A stretch of DNA of 64,000 nucleotides from Vicinamibacterales bacterium (lineage in GTDB: Bacteria > Acidobacteriota > Vicinamibacteria > Vicinamibacterales > UBA8438): contig OY760136.1 of the NCBI GenBank assembly GCA_963663195.1, positions 4,478,765 to 4,542,764 of the forward strand, in the 5' to 3' direction. Positions 9,904 through 22,307 of the stretch are shown piece by piece. How positions within the stretch are numbered: the stretch's first letter is position 1; the number at the start of each line of letters is the position of its first letter. Both the position numbers and the translations under genes were made by a program. The notes beneath the pieces are model-generated. The model searched no databases, was not told the DNA's origin, and saw only the letters and a program-made list of their open reading frames with translations.

Positions 9904-10028
9904 TGAAAATCCTCCGTCTCGACGCGGCCTGGAATCATGCGCTGGCCGACAGCGGGCAGCATACACCGCGCAGGAAAGTGGGCGCAAGCATACATCGTTA
10001 AATGGGGGGGCAGTGGTAACATCGCGGC

Positions 10029-10973
10029 GTGGCTGACACGACAACCACTCCGATCGCGCTGGTGCGCGGGCGCAGACCCCGCGCGGCGCCGGCCCGCCAG
10101 CCGAAACCGCGCTGGCTGCTGGTGCGGCCGCCGGGCAGCCCGGAGTACATCCGGCTCAAGCGGCTGATGCGGCAGCTCGACCTGCACACCGTCTGCGAGG
10201 AAGCCAGCTGTCCGAACATCGGCGAGTGCTGGGACCGCGGCACCGCCACGTTCATGATCCTGGGCGACGTGTGCACGCGCTCGTGCGGCTACTGCAATGT
10301 CATCCACGGGCGGCCGGGCGCGGTCGACAGCGGCGAGCCGGAGCGCGTGGCGGCGGCCACCGCCCGGCTGCAACTGCGGCACGTCGTGGTTACGTCGGTC
10401 GACCGGGACGACCTGGCGGACGGCGGCGCCGGCGTTTTCGCCGAGACGATCCGGGCCATCCGCGGGAGCGCGCCACGGTGCCGCATCGAGGTGCTGATCC
10501 CGGACTTCAGCGGACGGGAAGCCGACCTCGAGGCGGTACTCGAGGCCGGCCCCGACGTGCTGAACCACAACATCGAAACGGTGGAGCGGCTGTACCGCAG
10601 CGCGCGCCCCGGCGGAAAATACACCCGTGCGCTGGAGCTGCTCGAGCGCGCCGGCCGGCTGGCGCCGGCCGTCCCGACGAAGTCGGGGCTGATGGTCGGA
10701 CTCGGCGAGCGCTGGCCGGAGATTCACGCCACGCTGGCGGACCTGCGGCGCGCCGGTTGCGACCTGCTCACGATCGGCCAGTACCTGCGTCCGTCGGTGG
10801 CCCATCTGCCGGTGGAGCGCTACTACACGCCGGACGAGTTCGCGCGGCTCAAGGAAGCGGCCCTGCGGCTCGGATTCCGCCACGTCGAGTCGGGCCCACT
10901 CGTACGCAGCAGCTACCATGCCGACGAGCAGTACCTGGATGGGGCTGCGCCCCAAACCCCCGGCAAGCCCTAG
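10029..10973 (+). CDS. lipA: Lipoyl synthase
   Basis: [20 protein letters not shown] radical SAM motif, RSSYHA. Confidence 0.96.
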   Translation: MADTTTTPIALVRGRRPRAAPARQPKPRWLLVRPPGSPEYIRLKRLMRQLDLHTVCEEASCPNIGECWDRGTATFMILGDVCTRSCGYCNVIHGRPGAVDSGEPERVAAATARLQLRHVVVTSVDRDDLADGGAGVFAETIRAIRGSAPRCRIEVLIPDFSGREADLEAVLEAGPDVLNHNIETVERLYRSARPGGKYTRALELLERAGRLAPAVPTKSGLMVGLGERWPEIHATLADLRRAGCDLLTIGQYLRPSVAHLPVERYYTPDEFARLKEAALRLGFRHVESGPLVRSSYHADEQYLDGAAPQTPGKP

Positions 10974-11030
10974 CGGGGACCCCTTCGCCCCGCGCCGGGC
11001 TTGCCGAGCCGCGCTGTGCGCGGCTTGGGG
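10938..11030. repeat. Palindromic REP/MITE-like repeat, longer copy
   Basis: GATGGGGCTGCGCCCCAAACCCCCGGCAAGCCCTAG recurs at 42326-42362; perfect stems CGGCAAGCCC/GGGCTTGCCG and AGCCGCGC/GCGCGGCT. Confidence 0.7.
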
Positions 11031-11076
11031 ACAACCGCGCTGACATACGTCGTCCCCCTTCCTGAACCGTGAGGTG

Positions 11077-11353
11077 CCTGCCTTGTCAGGCGGGCGGGTG
11101 GCGTCGGGCGGCGGGAGGGCGCAACGGTGCGGTACCGGGAATCGGTCACTGCAGCGCCGGTGGCATGAAGTCCTTTCCGGCGCGTGGACAGGCGAGGTAA
11201 GCGGGAGTCTGCAATCCACTGCCACATGATGGAGCGTACCCGGATGCTGCTGGGCCCGTACGTGGTGGCTTGAGCGCGGAAGAGTTAACGCGGGGGATGC
11301 GCCCGACAGACGCCGGACCGCTCGGTGACGGGACCCGCCGGGGCCGACGCCAC
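11077..11353 (+). ncRNA. Candidate structured non-coding RNA or internal part of a non-autonomous repeat element
   Basis: Nested stems: 11098-11107/11344-11353 (10 bp perfect), 11109-11115/11334-11340, 11117-11123/11298-11304 enclosing five hairpins; G.U wobbles favour the + strand. Confidence 0.4.
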
Positions 11354-11359
11354 GGGCTG

Positions 11360-12781
11360 CTAGCTCCGCCTGGGGCGGTAGAGGTGGGTGCACTCGCCGA
11401 AGAACAGATCCGCGGCCTCGGCCACCGTTTCCGACAGCGTCGGGTGGGGATGGATCGACAGCCGCAGGTCGGAGACGGTCGCGCCCATCTCGACCGCGAG
11501 CACCCCTTCCGCGATCAGCTCTCCCGCGCCCGCGCCGGCCATGCCGACCCCCAGCAGCTGCTCGCTTTCGGGATCCACGACCAGCTTGGTAACGCCCTCG
11601 GGACGGTCCAGGGTGAGTGCGCGGCCGGAGGCGCCCCAGGGAAAGCGTGACACCTTCACCGCGCGGCCCTCGACGGCCGCCCGGGTCTCCGTCAGGCCGC
11701 ACCACGCCACCTCGGGATCGGTGAACACGACGGCCGGCACCGCGAGCGGCTCGAACGCGGCCGGCCGGCCCGCGATGGTCTCGACGGCCGCCCGCGCCTC
11801 GTGGAACGCCTTGTGCGCCAGCATCGGCTCACCGGCGACGTCGCCTATGGCGAATATCGACGGCTCCGCGGTCCGCCGGTGCGCGTCGACCACGACAAAG
11901 CCGCGGCCGTCCAGCTCCACCGCCGTCCGCTCCAGCCCGGCAATGCGCGAGTTCGGAACGCGGCCGACCGCCACCAGCACCTGGTCGAAGAGGCGGGCAT
12001 CCGACTGTCCGTCCGGCCCCTCCAGCAGCGCCTCGATGCCGTCCGGCCGCGGCCGCAGCGCCGCCACCTTCGTGCGCAGCCGCACGCCGTCCAGCTCGCG
12101 GTCCATCTGGCGCGCGACCACCCGCACCAGGTCGGCGTCGACGCCCGGCAGCAGTCCCGCGGTCATCTCCACCACGGTCACCTTGCAGCCGAGCGCCGCG
12201 TATACGGCGCCCAGCTCCAGGCCGATGTAGCCGCCGCCCACCACCAGCAGCGACCCCGAGGCGCGGGTGATCTCGAGGGCGCCGGTGGAATCCATCACGC
12301 GCGGGTCGTCGAGCCCCAGCGCGGCGGGCCGCACCGGCCGCGAGCCGGTCGCGACGACGGCGTAGTCGAACGGCATGCTCAAGGGCTCTCCGCCGCCGGC
12401 CGGCTCGACCATGACGTTGTGCGGGTCGGCGAAGGCGGCGCGGCCCTGCAGAAAGGTCACCGCGCGCTGCCGCGCAAGGCGGCCCAGACCGCCCGTGAGC
12501 GCGGACACGACCTCGTCCTTCCAGCCGCGCAGCCGGTCGAGATCGACGGCCGGCGCGCCGAATGCAACGCCCCAGCGCGCCGCGCGGCGCGCGTCGCCGA
12601 TCACGCCGGCCGCGTGCAGCAGCGCCTTGGACGGAATGCAGCCGCGCTGCAGGCAGACGCCGCCCAGGCGCGCTGACTCGTCTATCAGCGTGACCCGCAT
12701 CCCGAGATCTGCGGCGTGAAACGCCGCGGTGTAACCGCCCGGGCCGGCGCCTATCACCACGAGTCGTGTTGCGTCAGGCAT
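11360..12781 (-). CDS. lpdA: Dihydrolipoyl dehydrogenase
   Basis: GAGPGGY FAD motif, GGVCLQRGCIPSK redox disulfide, GGGYIG, HPHPTLSE. Confidence 0.95.
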   Translation of the reverse strand: MPDATRLVVIGAGPGGYTAAFHAADLGMRVTLIDESARLGGVCLQRGCIPSKALLHAAGVIGDARRAARWGVAFGAPAVDLDRLRGWKDEVVSALTGGLGRLARQRAVTFLQGRAAFADPHNVMVEPAGGGEPLSMPFDYAVVATGSRPVRPAALGLDDPRVMDSTGALEITRASGSLLVVGGGYIGLELGAVYAALGCKVTVVEMTAGLLPGVDADLVRVVARQMDRELDGVRLRTKVAALRPRPDGIEALLEGPDGQSDARLFDQVLVAVGRVPNSRIAGLERTAVELDGRGFVVVDAHRRTAEPSIFAIGDVAGEPMLAHKAFHEARAAVETIAGRPAAFEPLAVPAVVFTDPEVAWCGLTETRAAVEGRAVKVSRFPWGASGRALTLDRPEGVTKLVVDPESEQLLGVGMAGAGAGELIAEGVLAVEMGATVSDLRLSIHPHPTLSETVAEAADLFFGECTHLYRPRRS

Positions 12782-12936
12782 GTGTCAGGGATGTTTCAAT
12801 TTCAACGCTACCACACGGCAAGCGCCGGGCGGTCTGGCGGCTTGCGGAGCGTATGCCTATAATGGCCCTCTGCTCGCGGCGCCCGGAAGGGGCCGCGCGG
12901 GTGCAACTGCGCGCAATCGCGAGAGAAAAGGTGAAC

Positions 12937-14793
12937 ATGTCGCAACCAGAACTCATTGTCGGCGTCGGCGGCGCGGCGGGTGACGGCGTTGCCTCGGCCG
13001 GCAACACGCTGGTGCTCTCGCTCGCTCGCCAGGGAATCGCCGCATACAGCTACAACAGCTACCAGTCGGTCATTCGCGGCGGCCACTCGTGGCTCCGACT
13101 GCGGTTTTCCGCGGACAAGCCGCTCGGCGTCGGCGACCAGGTCGATGCGGTCATCGCCCTGAACCAGGACACGCTCGACCGCCACATGCAGGAGCTGCAG
13201 CCGGGCGGCCTGGTGCTGTACAACGGCGCGCGGCTCAGCCCGTCGTACGATCCGCCGCCGGGCGTGCAGCTCTGCGCGCTGCCCGTGCCGGAGCTGTGCC
13301 CCGCGTCGAAGCGGCTGCCGGTCATGCAGAACACGGTGGCGGTCGGCGCGCTGATCCAGCTCATGGGCCTGGACATCAGCGGCCTGGAGTCGGTGCTGCA
13401 AACGACGTTCGCCAAGAAGCCGGCGGTGGTCCAGTCGAACATCGAGGCGGCCCAGGCCGGCTACGACTACGCCGCGGCCAACTTCACGCCGCCCGCCACG
13501 CAGCTCGAGCCCACGGACCAGAAGTGGGCCCAGGCCTCCGGCAACCATCTGTTCGCCATGGGCGCCGCGCTGGCCGGCTGCAAGTTCTACGTCGCCTATC
13601 CGATGAGCCCGGCCACCCACATTCTGGAGTGGTTCGCCACGCATGCCCAGCGGCTGAACATCTGCGTCCGCCAGGTCGAGGACGAGATCTCCGTCATCAA
13701 CATGGCGATCGGCGCCGGTCACATGGGCGTGCGGAGCATGTGCGCCACCTCCGGCGGCGGCTTCGCGCTGATGACCGAGGCCATCGGCATGGCCGGCATC
13801 ATCGAGACACCGGTCGTCGCCATCAACGTCATGCGCGCGGGCCCCTCCACGGGCGTGCCGACCAAGACCGAACAGGCCGACCTGAACCAGGCATTCGGGG
13901 CGAGCCAGGGCGACTTCCAGCGGGTGATCATCGCGCCGCTGAGCATGACCGACTGCTTCAATACGCCGCACGAGGCGTTCAACGTCGCCGAGCGCTACCA
14001 GATCCCCGTGATCATCCTGTCCGACCTGCTGATGAGCGAGGGTAGCGAGACCGTCGACCCGGCGCTGCTCGACGTCGACTTCCCAATCGACCGGGGCGAG
14101 GTGATCACCGCCCCGACCGGCGGCGACGAGCCGTACCTGCGCTACAAGAACACGCCCTCCGGCATCTCGCCGCGGGCGCTGCCGGGCACGCCGGATCATC
14201 TCTACGTGTCGGGCACGGACGAGCACGACGAGGACGGCGTGCTCATCAGCGACGTCTACACCGACCCCGTCCGGCGCAAGAAGATGGTGGACAAGCGGGT
14301 CCGCAAGTTCGAGACGGTGAGCCGCTACCTGCCGGCGCCGGAGCTCGACGGGCCGGCCGACGCCGACGTGACGCTGCTCGGCTGGGGCTCCACCTGGGGC
14401 ACGCTCGTCGAGGCGGCCGAGCACCTGCGGCAGGCAGGCATCTCGACCAACCACCTGCAGATCAAGTTCCTGGTGCCGCTGCACGTGGAGGAGATCTCCG
14501 CCATCCTCGCTCGCAGCCGGCGCACCATCATCGTCGAGAACAACCAGAGCGGCCAGTTTGCGCGGCATCTGCGCGCCGAGACCGGCATCGTGGCCGACGG
14601 GCACATCCGCAAGTACGACGGCGAGCCGTTCGAGCCGAAGCACATCGTGGCCGGCGTGAAGGACGTGCTGGCCGGCGCCGAGGTCGTCGACGTGCTGTCG
14701 TCCGAGTCGGGCTGGAGAACCGACCACCCGACCGGCACGAGCGGGCCGTGGCACGGCCTGCGCGTGGGCGAGGAATCGAAGACGTTCGCCTGA
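12937..14793 (+). CDS. korA: 2-oxoacid:ferredoxin oxidoreductase alpha subunit (gamma-alpha fusion)
   Basis: GGAAGDGV, IRGGHS, YPMSPAT, EDEIS, TSGGGFALM, RAGPSTGVPT; start re-placed at ATG 12937; substrate specificity not determinable. Confidence 0.88.
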   Translation: MSQPELIVGVGGAAGDGVASAGNTLVLSLARQGIAAYSYNSYQSVIRGGHSWLRLRFSADKPLGVGDQVDAVIALNQDTLDRHMQELQPGGLVLYNGARLSPSYDPPPGVQLCALPVPELCPASKRLPVMQNTVAVGALIQLMGLDISGLESVLQTTFAKKPAVVQSNIEAAQAGYDYAAANFTPPATQLEPTDQKWAQASGNHLFAMGAALAGCKFYVAYPMSPATHILEWFATHAQRLNICVRQVEDEISVINMAIGAGHMGVRSMCATSGGGFALMTEAIGMAGIIETPVVAINVMRAGPSTGVPTKTEQADLNQAFGASQGDFQRVIIAPLSMTDCFNTPHEAFNVAERYQIPVIILSDLLMSEGSETVDPALLDVDFPIDRGEVITAPTGGDEPYLRYKNTPSGISPRALPGTPDHLYVSGTDEHDEDGVLISDVYTDPVRRKKMVDKRVRKFETVSRYLPAPELDGPADADVTLLGWGSTWGTLVEAAEHLRQAGISTNHLQIKFLVPLHVEEISAILARSRRTIIVENNQSGQFARHLRAETGIVADGHIRKYDGEPFEPKHIVAGVKDVLAGAEVVDVLSSESGWRTDHPTGTSGPWHGLRVGEESKTFA

Positions 14794-14833
14794 ACAGCCC
14801 GGATGAATCCGCGGCAGAGGGGATAGATACGAC

Positions 14834-15721
14834 ATGGCAACGGCAGCTGTTGCAGTAGAACCCAAGGTATTCAAGCCGGAAGTCCCGCCCGACTGGTGTC
14901 CGGGATGCGGCGACTTCGGTGTGCTTAACGGCATGTTCCAGGCGTGCGCCGCCCTCGGGCTCGAGCCGGCCCAGGTGCTGGTGGTGTCCGGCATCGGCTG
15001 CTCGTCGAACCTGCCCGGCTTCTTCCGGTCGTTCGGCGTGCACAGCCTGCACGGCCGGGCGCTGCCGTTCGCGACGGGCGCCAAGCTCGCCAATACGTCG
15101 ATGACCGTCATCGCGACCGGCGGCGACGGCGACGGCTACGGCATCGGCCTGAACCACTTCATCCAGGCGATGCGCCGCAACATCGACGTGACGTACATCG
15201 TGATGAACAACGAGATCTACGGGCTGACGACCGGCCAGGTCTCCCCCACCAGCGAGACGGGGATGAAGACCAAGACAACGCCGCTCGGCAACCTGGAGGG
15301 CATGCTCAATCCGCTCGCGCTCGCCATGGCGTCGGGCTGCGGCTTCGTCGCTCGCGGGTTCAGCGGCCAGCCGAAGCATCTGACGGAGCTGTACAAGCAG
15401 GGCATCGAACACAAGGGATTCGCGCTGATCGACGTGTTCAGCCCGTGCGTCACCTTCAACAAGGTGAACACCTATCCCTGGTTCCGCGAGCGCGTCTACA
15501 AGGTCGAGGATACCGACCACGACCCCACGGACTTCCACGGCGCGATGGACAAGGCGATGGAGTGGGATGAACGGATCCCGATCGGCCTGGTGTACCGCGA
15601 CCCCGACCCGCGGCCGTCGATCGACTCGCTCGATACGGCGCTGCAGGGCGAGGCGCTCGTGCGTCAGGGCTACACCATCGCCCCCGAGACGCGGCGGGAC
15701 ATGATTCACGAATTCATGTAG
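14834..15721 (+). CDS. korB: 2-oxoacid:ferredoxin oxidoreductase beta subunit
   Basis: WCPGCGD, SGIGCS, HGRA, GGDGD...NN TPP motif, SPCVTFN. Confidence 0.9.
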   Translation: MATAAVAVEPKVFKPEVPPDWCPGCGDFGVLNGMFQACAALGLEPAQVLVVSGIGCSSNLPGFFRSFGVHSLHGRALPFATGAKLANTSMTVIATGGDGDGYGIGLNHFIQAMRRNIDVTYIVMNNEIYGLTTGQVSPTSETGMKTKTTPLGNLEGMLNPLALAMASGCGFVARGFSGQPKHLTELYKQGIEHKGFALIDVFSPCVTFNKVNTYPWFRERVYKVEDTDHDPTDFHGAMDKAMEWDERIPIGLVYRDPDPRPSIDSLDTALQGEALVRQGYTIAPETRRDMIHEFM

Positions 15722-15729
15722 GTCCCGAT

Positions 15730-17232
<1,503 letters not shown>

Positions 17233-17233
17233 C

Positions 17234-18523
17234 GTGCGGTATCGGTACACCCGCTACACCGGCAGTGCGCTAGACGAGATCGATCTCGAGGCGCTGGTAT
17301 CGAAGCTGTCCGACCTGCTCTTGTCCAGCGGCTTCGACAATCCGTACGGCGACCCCTACTCCGACAGCGGCGACGACCGCACCCTGGAGACGCTCCACGA
17401 CGCCATCCTCGAAGCGCTGCTGCACGGCGGGCTGCTGCCGGACGACGCGCTGTCGAAGCTCCTCGGCGACCCGGCCGACGCCGATCAGGACGTGGACCCA
17501 TCGCCGCTCTCCGAGCTGATCCAACAGCTGGTCGACCGGCTTGCCGAGCAGGGGTACATCTCGATTCAGCCGGGGGCCGAGGCGGGCGGCGGACAGGGCG
17601 CCGCCGGCGAACAGGCGCAGGGCGAGCCGCCGCCCGCGCAATTCGAGATCACCGACAAGAGCCTCGACTTCCTGGGCTATCGGGCGCTGCGCGACCTGCT
17701 GGGCGCGGTCGGCCACGGCAGCAGCGGCCGCCACGACGTGCGGGACGTCGCCACCGGCATCGAGGCCGGCGGGGGATCGAAGCCGTACGAGTTCGGCGAC
17801 ACGCTGAACATCGACGCGAGCGGCACCATCCTCAACGCGGTGCGGCGGGCGGGAACGCCGGCGGACGCGCACGGCGGCGGCCCGGGGGCGATCGACGTGC
17901 AGTACCCCGACCTGATGGTGGCGCAGGGCGAGTACCAGAGCTCCTGCGCCACGGTGCTCATGCTCGACTGCAGCCACAGCATGATCCTGTACGGCGAAGA
18001 TCGCTTCACCCCGGCCAAGCAGGTGGCGCTGGCGCTGGCGACGCTGATCCGCAACCAGTACCCGGGCGACGCGCTGAGCGCCGTCCTCTTCCACGACTCG
18101 GCCGAGGAGATCCCGCTGCGCCGGCTCGCGCGCGTGCGGGTCGGGCCGTACTACACCAACACGCGCGAAGGACTGCGGCGCGCCCGGCGCATCCTCGAGC
18201 GGCAGCGCAAGGACATGCGCCAGATCATCATGATCACCGACGGCAAGCCGTCGGCGCTGACGCTGCCCGACGGCCGCATCTACCGCAACCCGTTCGGACT
18301 CGACCCGCGCATCATCGCGGAGACGTTCGCGGAGGTGGGCAGCTGCCGCAAGGCCGGGATCATGATCAACACGTTCATGCTCGCCCGCGACCCGGAGCTG
18401 GTCGCGTTCGTGCGGCGGGTGGCGTCCATCTGCCGCGGCAAGGCGTACTTCACCACGCCCTATACGCTGGGCCGCTACGTGCTGATGGACTACCTCACCC
18501 GCAAGACGCAGACGGTGCACTAG
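17234..18523 (+). CDS. vWA-domain protein, partner of the AAA+ ATPase
   Basis: DCSHS MIDAS motif, YTNT, ITDGKPS; GTG start right after the ATPase stop. Confidence 0.85.
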   Translation: MRYRYTRYTGSALDEIDLEALVSKLSDLLLSSGFDNPYGDPYSDSGDDRTLETLHDAILEALLHGGLLPDDALSKLLGDPADADQDVDPSPLSELIQQLVDRLAEQGYISIQPGAEAGGGQGAAGEQAQGEPPPAQFEITDKSLDFLGYRALRDLLGAVGHGSSGRHDVRDVATGIEAGGGSKPYEFGDTLNIDASGTILNAVRRAGTPADAHGGGPGAIDVQYPDLMVAQGEYQSSCATVLMLDCSHSMILYGEDRFTPAKQVALALATLIRNQYPGDALSAVLFHDSAEEIPLRRLARVRVGPYYTNTREGLRRARRILERQRKDMRQIIMITDGKPSALTLPDGRIYRNPFGLDPRIIAETFAEVGSCRKAGIMINTFMLARDPELVAFVRRVASICRGKAYFTTPYTLGRYVLMDYLTRKTQTVH

Positions 18524-18551
18524 CGGGAGTCCGAGTCCGAGGCCGCGACCG

Positions 18552-19151
18552 ATGGTGCCGCTCTTCCCGCTGCCGAACGTCGTGCTGTTTCCGCACGTAT
18601 TCCTGCCGCTGCACATCTTCGAGCCGCGCTACCGCGAGATGGTGCGCGACGCCCTGGCCGGCGACCGCATCATCGGCATGGTGCTGCTGCGGGCGGGCGG
18701 CGGCGAGGAAGAAGCCGACAATCCGCCGGTGTACCCCATGGGGTGCGCCGGACTGATAACGCACTGCGAGCGGCTGGCGGACGGGCGCTACAACATCGTG
18801 CTGCGCGGCCTGTACAAGTTCAGCATCCTGGCGGAGGACCGCACCCGCAGCTATCGCCGCGCGCGCGTGGAGACGATTGCGGAGGCGGACGATGTCGAGG
18901 GGCTGCGCGAGGGGCGCCGGCGCCTGGAGCGGCTGCTCACCGGAACCGGGTCGAACCTCAAGCTGCCGGGCGGCATGAACGACGCCGACCTGGTCAACGC
19001 GCTGTCGCAGTACCTCGAGTTCGACCCTGTCGAGAAGCAGGCGCTGCTGGAACGCAGCGGCCTGGTCGAGCGCTGCCGGGCGCTGGGCGACCTGCTGGAG
19101 ATGCAGTCGCTCGCGGCCAGCGGCAACTTCCGGCTCACCCCGGCGCAGTAG
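18552..19151 (+). CDS. Stand-alone Lon N-terminal substrate-binding domain protein
   Basis: PLFPLPNVVLFPHVFLPLHIFEPRYREMV, DGRYNIVLRG, EKQALLE. Confidence 0.88.
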   Translation: MVPLFPLPNVVLFPHVFLPLHIFEPRYREMVRDALAGDRIIGMVLLRAGGGEEEADNPPVYPMGCAGLITHCERLADGRYNIVLRGLYKFSILAEDRTRSYRRARVETIAEADDVEGLREGRRRLERLLTGTGSNLKLPGGMNDADLVNALSQYLEFDPVEKQALLERSGLVERCRALGDLLEMQSLAASGNFRLTPAQ

Positions 19152-19158
19152 AAGGAGT

Positions 19159-20199
19159 TCAGACCTCTGTCGCTACGCCGCGCAGCTTGCGGATGACGTC
19201 GCGCACCACAACCTGTCCGTGGAAGCGCCCGTTCTCGATGAACACCTCCCCGCGGTTGGCGCCGGCGACGACCGATCCGGCAAGGTACAGCCGCGGCACG
19301 TTGGTCTCGAACGTTTCCGGATCGTGGCGCGGCACGTTCGTCGCGGCGTCGACCGCGACGCCGCACTGGCGCAGAAAATCCAGGTCCGCCAGGTAGCCGG
19401 TCAGCAGGAACACCGCGTCGGCGGGCAGCACGCGGCGCCCGCCGGCGTCAGCCCGCTCGCCGCCGCCCTCGCCGATCGGCTCCACAACCACCCCGGCGGG
19501 TCGGATTTCGACGACCCGCGTCTCGAAGTGCGCCTGGATCGAGCCCTCCTTGATGCGATTCTCGATATCCGGCTTGACCCAGTACTTGATCGACGCGCCG
19601 AGCTCCGCGCGGCGGTGGACGAGCGTCACCTGCACGCCGTTGCGGAACAGATCGAGCGCCGCTTCGGCGGCCGAATTCTTGCCGCCCACGATCACTACCG
19701 ACTTGCGGTAGAACGGGTGCGGCTCGGCGTAGTAGTGGGACACGTGCGGGAGGTCCTCGCCGGGCACGCCCAGCCGGTTGGGATGGTCGTACGTGCCGGT
19801 GGCCAGCAGCACGCAGCGGCCGGTCCAGCGGGCCGCGCGCCCGTCTCCGTCGACGGTGTCCACCGTTAACGGGCCGTCCGCCGCGCCGCCGTCGCGCGCG
19901 ACCGCCGTCACCGTGTGCGAGAACGCCACTTCGATGCCGCACGCATCGACCACCCGACGGTAGTAGCGCAACGTCTCGTCCCGCGTCGGCTTCTCGCGCG
20001 GCGACACGAACGGCAGCCCGCCGATCTCGAGCAGCTCCGGCGTGGTGAAGAACACCATCTGGCTGGGAAACCGGAAAATTGAATTGACGAGCGCCCCTTT
20101 TTCGAAGATCCGGAAATCCAGCCCGGCGCGCTTGGCGGCAATGGCGGCGGCCAGCCCGGCCGGGCCGGCGCCGATGATGATCAGATCGTGACAGCGCAT
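19159..20199 (-). CDS. ypdA: YpdA-family putative bacillithiol disulfide reductase
   Basis: GAGPAGL, FFTTPELLEIG, KPTRDETLRYY, HYYAEPHP, GGKNSA, IKYWVKPDIENRI, FIENGRFH. Confidence 0.88.
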   Translation of the reverse strand: MRCHDLIIIGAGPAGLAAAIAAKRAGLDFRIFEKGALVNSIFRFPSQMVFFTTPELLEIGGLPFVSPREKPTRDETLRYYRRVVDACGIEVAFSHTVTAVARDGGAADGPLTVDTVDGDGRAARWTGRCVLLATGTYDHPNRLGVPGEDLPHVSHYYAEPHPFYRKSVVIVGGKNSAAEAALDLFRNGVQVTLVHRRAELGASIKYWVKPDIENRIKEGSIQAHFETRVVEIRPAGVVVEPIGEGGGERADAGGRRVLPADAVFLLTGYLADLDFLRQCGVAVDAATNVPRHDPETFETNVPRLYLAGSVVAGANRGEVFIENGRFHGQVVVRDVIRKLRGVATEV

Positions 20200-20236
20200 C
20201 TAACAGCCTTTGGGAGACGCCGACGGTGTTGCGCCA

Positions 20237-20830
20237 TCAGCGTGGACGGTAGGACAGGGTGGCATTGCTCATGACCGCAATCGGCCGCCCGGCCGTATTG
20301 AACGTGTCGCGGCCGTCCGCGCGCAGCACGTCCAGGCTCTGGCCGACGACGGACACCTGGTCGATACCGGCCGGCAGCGTAACGAACAGCCGCTCGACGC
20401 CGATCGGCGCGACGGCCGAGAGCGCGCCCGATCCCGCGCCGTCGCCCACGCGGTCGATCAGGTCCCCGACCGAGCGGAACTCGCTCAGCACGATGCCCCG
20501 GGCGATGACCTCGCCCTCCATGGTCGCCACGGCAATCGACGCCTGGTACTGGGTGTAGGCGCGTCCGGCGCGCGTCTCGGTCTCGGAATAGGCGTGGCGG
20601 TTGTGCAGGTCGAACGTTAGCGTCGCCTCGCCGCGGTGCGGCGGCAGCACCACCAGCACGCCGAGGCCGGGGTCGTTCTGCACCTCGATGTCGCAGAACG
20701 GCACCTCGGTCGCCACGCCGACGCCGAGCACCGACGGGCAGCGCACCTCTACGGGCTCCGCCTCGCGGCCCTGCGCCGCGGCGCCGGCGGCGAGCGCCAG
20801 CACGCCGACAAGGACGCGCAACCCGGTCAC
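20237..20830 (-). CDS. Exported hypothetical protein
   Basis: Signal peptide, two Cys, beta-rich sequence; GTG start overlapping the folE stop. Confidence 0.65.
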   Translation of the reverse strand: MTGLRVLVGVLALAAGAAAQGREAEPVEVRCPSVLGVGVATEVPFCDIEVQNDPGLGVLVVLPPHRGEATLTFDLHNRHAYSETETRAGRAYTQYQASIAVATMEGEVIARGIVLSEFRSVGDLIDRVGDGAGSGALSAVAPIGVERLFVTLPAGIDQVSVVGQSLDVLRADGRDTFNTAGRPIAVMSNATLSYRPR

Positions 20831-21447
20831 CGCGCCGACTCTACCCTTGCCGCCGGCGAGACGGATTCCAGCAACGCCCGCGAGCCGTCACGCCGGCCGA
20901 TCAGCTCGAGGAACTCCATGCGCGTGCGCGCGTCGTCGCGGAAGCCGCCCAGCATGGCGCTGGTGGTCGCGAACGCGTTCTGTTTCTCCACGCCGCGCAT
21001 GCGGATGCAAAGGTGGGTCGCCTCGATGACCACCCCCACGCCCAGCGGATCCAGAATGTCCTCGAGACTGGTTGCAATCTGGTTCGTGAGCCGCTCCTGC
21101 ACCTGCAACCGCCGGCTGAACATCTCGATCAGGCGCGGGATCTTGCTCAGGCCTATCACCCGTTCGCGGGGCAGGTACGCGACGTGGCAGCGGCCGAAGA
21201 ACGGCAGCAGGTGATGCTCGCAGAGGCTGTAGAAGTCGATGTCGCGGACGATAACCATTTCGCTGCCGTCGACAGCGAACAACGCGTCGTTGACCACCTC
21301 TTCGATGTTGGTGTCGTAGCCGCTCGTCAGGAACCGCATCGCGCGCGCCACGCGGTCCGGCGTGCGCACCAGCCCCTCGCGGGTGGGATCCTCGCCCACC
21401 TCCGCCAGCAGCAACTCCACCGCCTCGCGTACCCGCTCCTCGTCCAT
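20827..21447 (-). CDS. folE: GTP cyclohydrolase I
   Basis: [51 protein letters not shown]. Confidence 0.95.
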   Translation of the reverse strand: MDEERVREAVELLLAEVGEDPTREGLVRTPDRVARAMRFLTSGYDTNIEEVVNDALFAVDGSEMVIVRDIDFYSLCEHHLLPFFGRCHVAYLPRERVIGLSKIPRLIEMFSRRLQVQERLTNQIATSLEDILDPLGVGVVIEATHLCIRMRGVEKQNAFATTSAMLGGFRDDARTRMEFLELIGRRDGSRALLESVSPAARVESAR

Positions 21448-21464
21448 CTCGCGCCGCCGCAATC

Positions 21465-22307
21465 TCAATAAGTGTAGAAGCCGCGCCCGCTCTTGCGGCC
21501 CAGCCGGCCCGCCGTCACCATCCGGCGCAGCAGCGGCGGCGGTGCGTAGGCCGGGTCGCGGAACTCCTCGTACATGATGCCGGCGATGTAGTACGTCGTG
21601 TCGAGTCCGATGAAGTCCAGCAGCGTGAACGGACCCATGGGATGGCCGCACCCCATCTTCATGCCCTTGTCGATGTCCTCTATGGTGCCGACGCCGGACT
21701 CGTGGGCCCGGATGGCGTCCAGCAGGTAGGGGATCAACAGCCGGTTGACAATGAATCCCGGCCGGTCCGGGGCGGTCACCGGGTCCTTGCCGAGCGACGC
21801 GGCGAACTCCATCCCCCGCCGGTACGCATCGTCGCTGGTGGCCAGGCCGCGAATCACCTCGACCAGCTTCATCACCGGCACCGGGCTGAAGAAGTGCAGG
21901 CCCAGGAAGCGGTCGGGATGCCGCATCGCCGCAGCCATCTCGGTGATGCAGAGCGACGACGTATTCGAGGCAACCAGCGTATGCGGCCCGACGACCGCCT
22001 CCAGCGCGGTGAGCATCTCGCGCTTGACCTCCAGGTTCTCCACGATCGCCTCGACGACGACGTCGGCGTCGTCGAGATCGGCAACGTCGGTCGTGCCCGA
22101 AAGGTTGGCCAGGGTCGCGTCGCGCGCCGCCGGGGTGGTCTTCCCGCGCGCCACGCCGGCGTCCAGAAACGCACGGATCCGGCCGAGACCCTGCTCGACC
22201 AGCGCGTCGTCCACCTCGCGAACGATGGTCCGGTGACCCGCTTGCGCGCAGACCTGCGCGATTCCGGATCCCATCAACCCGCATCCCAGCACGCCTACCG
22301 TCAACAT
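21465..22307 (-). CDS. 3-hydroxyacyl(butyryl)-CoA dehydrogenase
   Basis: [43 protein letters not shown]. Confidence 0.92.
   Translation of the reverse strand: MLTVGVLGCGLMGSGIAQVCAQAGHRTIVREVDDALVEQGLGRIRAFLDAGVARGKTTPAARDATLANLSGTTDVADLDDADVVVEAIVENLEVKREMLTALEAVVGPHTLVASNTSSLCITEMAAAMRHPDRFLGLHFFSPVPVMKLVEVIRGLATSDDAYRRGMEFAASLGKDPVTAPDRPGFIVNRLLIPYLLDAIRAHESGVGTIEDIDKGMKMGCGHPMGPFTLLDFIGLDTTYYIAGIMYEEFRDPAYAPPPLLRRMVTAGRLGRKSGRGFYTY

Noticed and set aside
11120-11320. Cobalamin riboswitch or RNase P resemblance (GGGAA, GCCAC, GAAGTCC, ACAGA)
   Set aside because: No proper B12 box or GAGGAAAGTCC core, and the site is downstream of two convergent genes rather than in a leader
10970-11363. 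CTAG at both ends as a target-site duplication
   Set aside because: The left CTAG is also inside the repeat copy at 42359, so it is part of the element; both also coincide with stop codons
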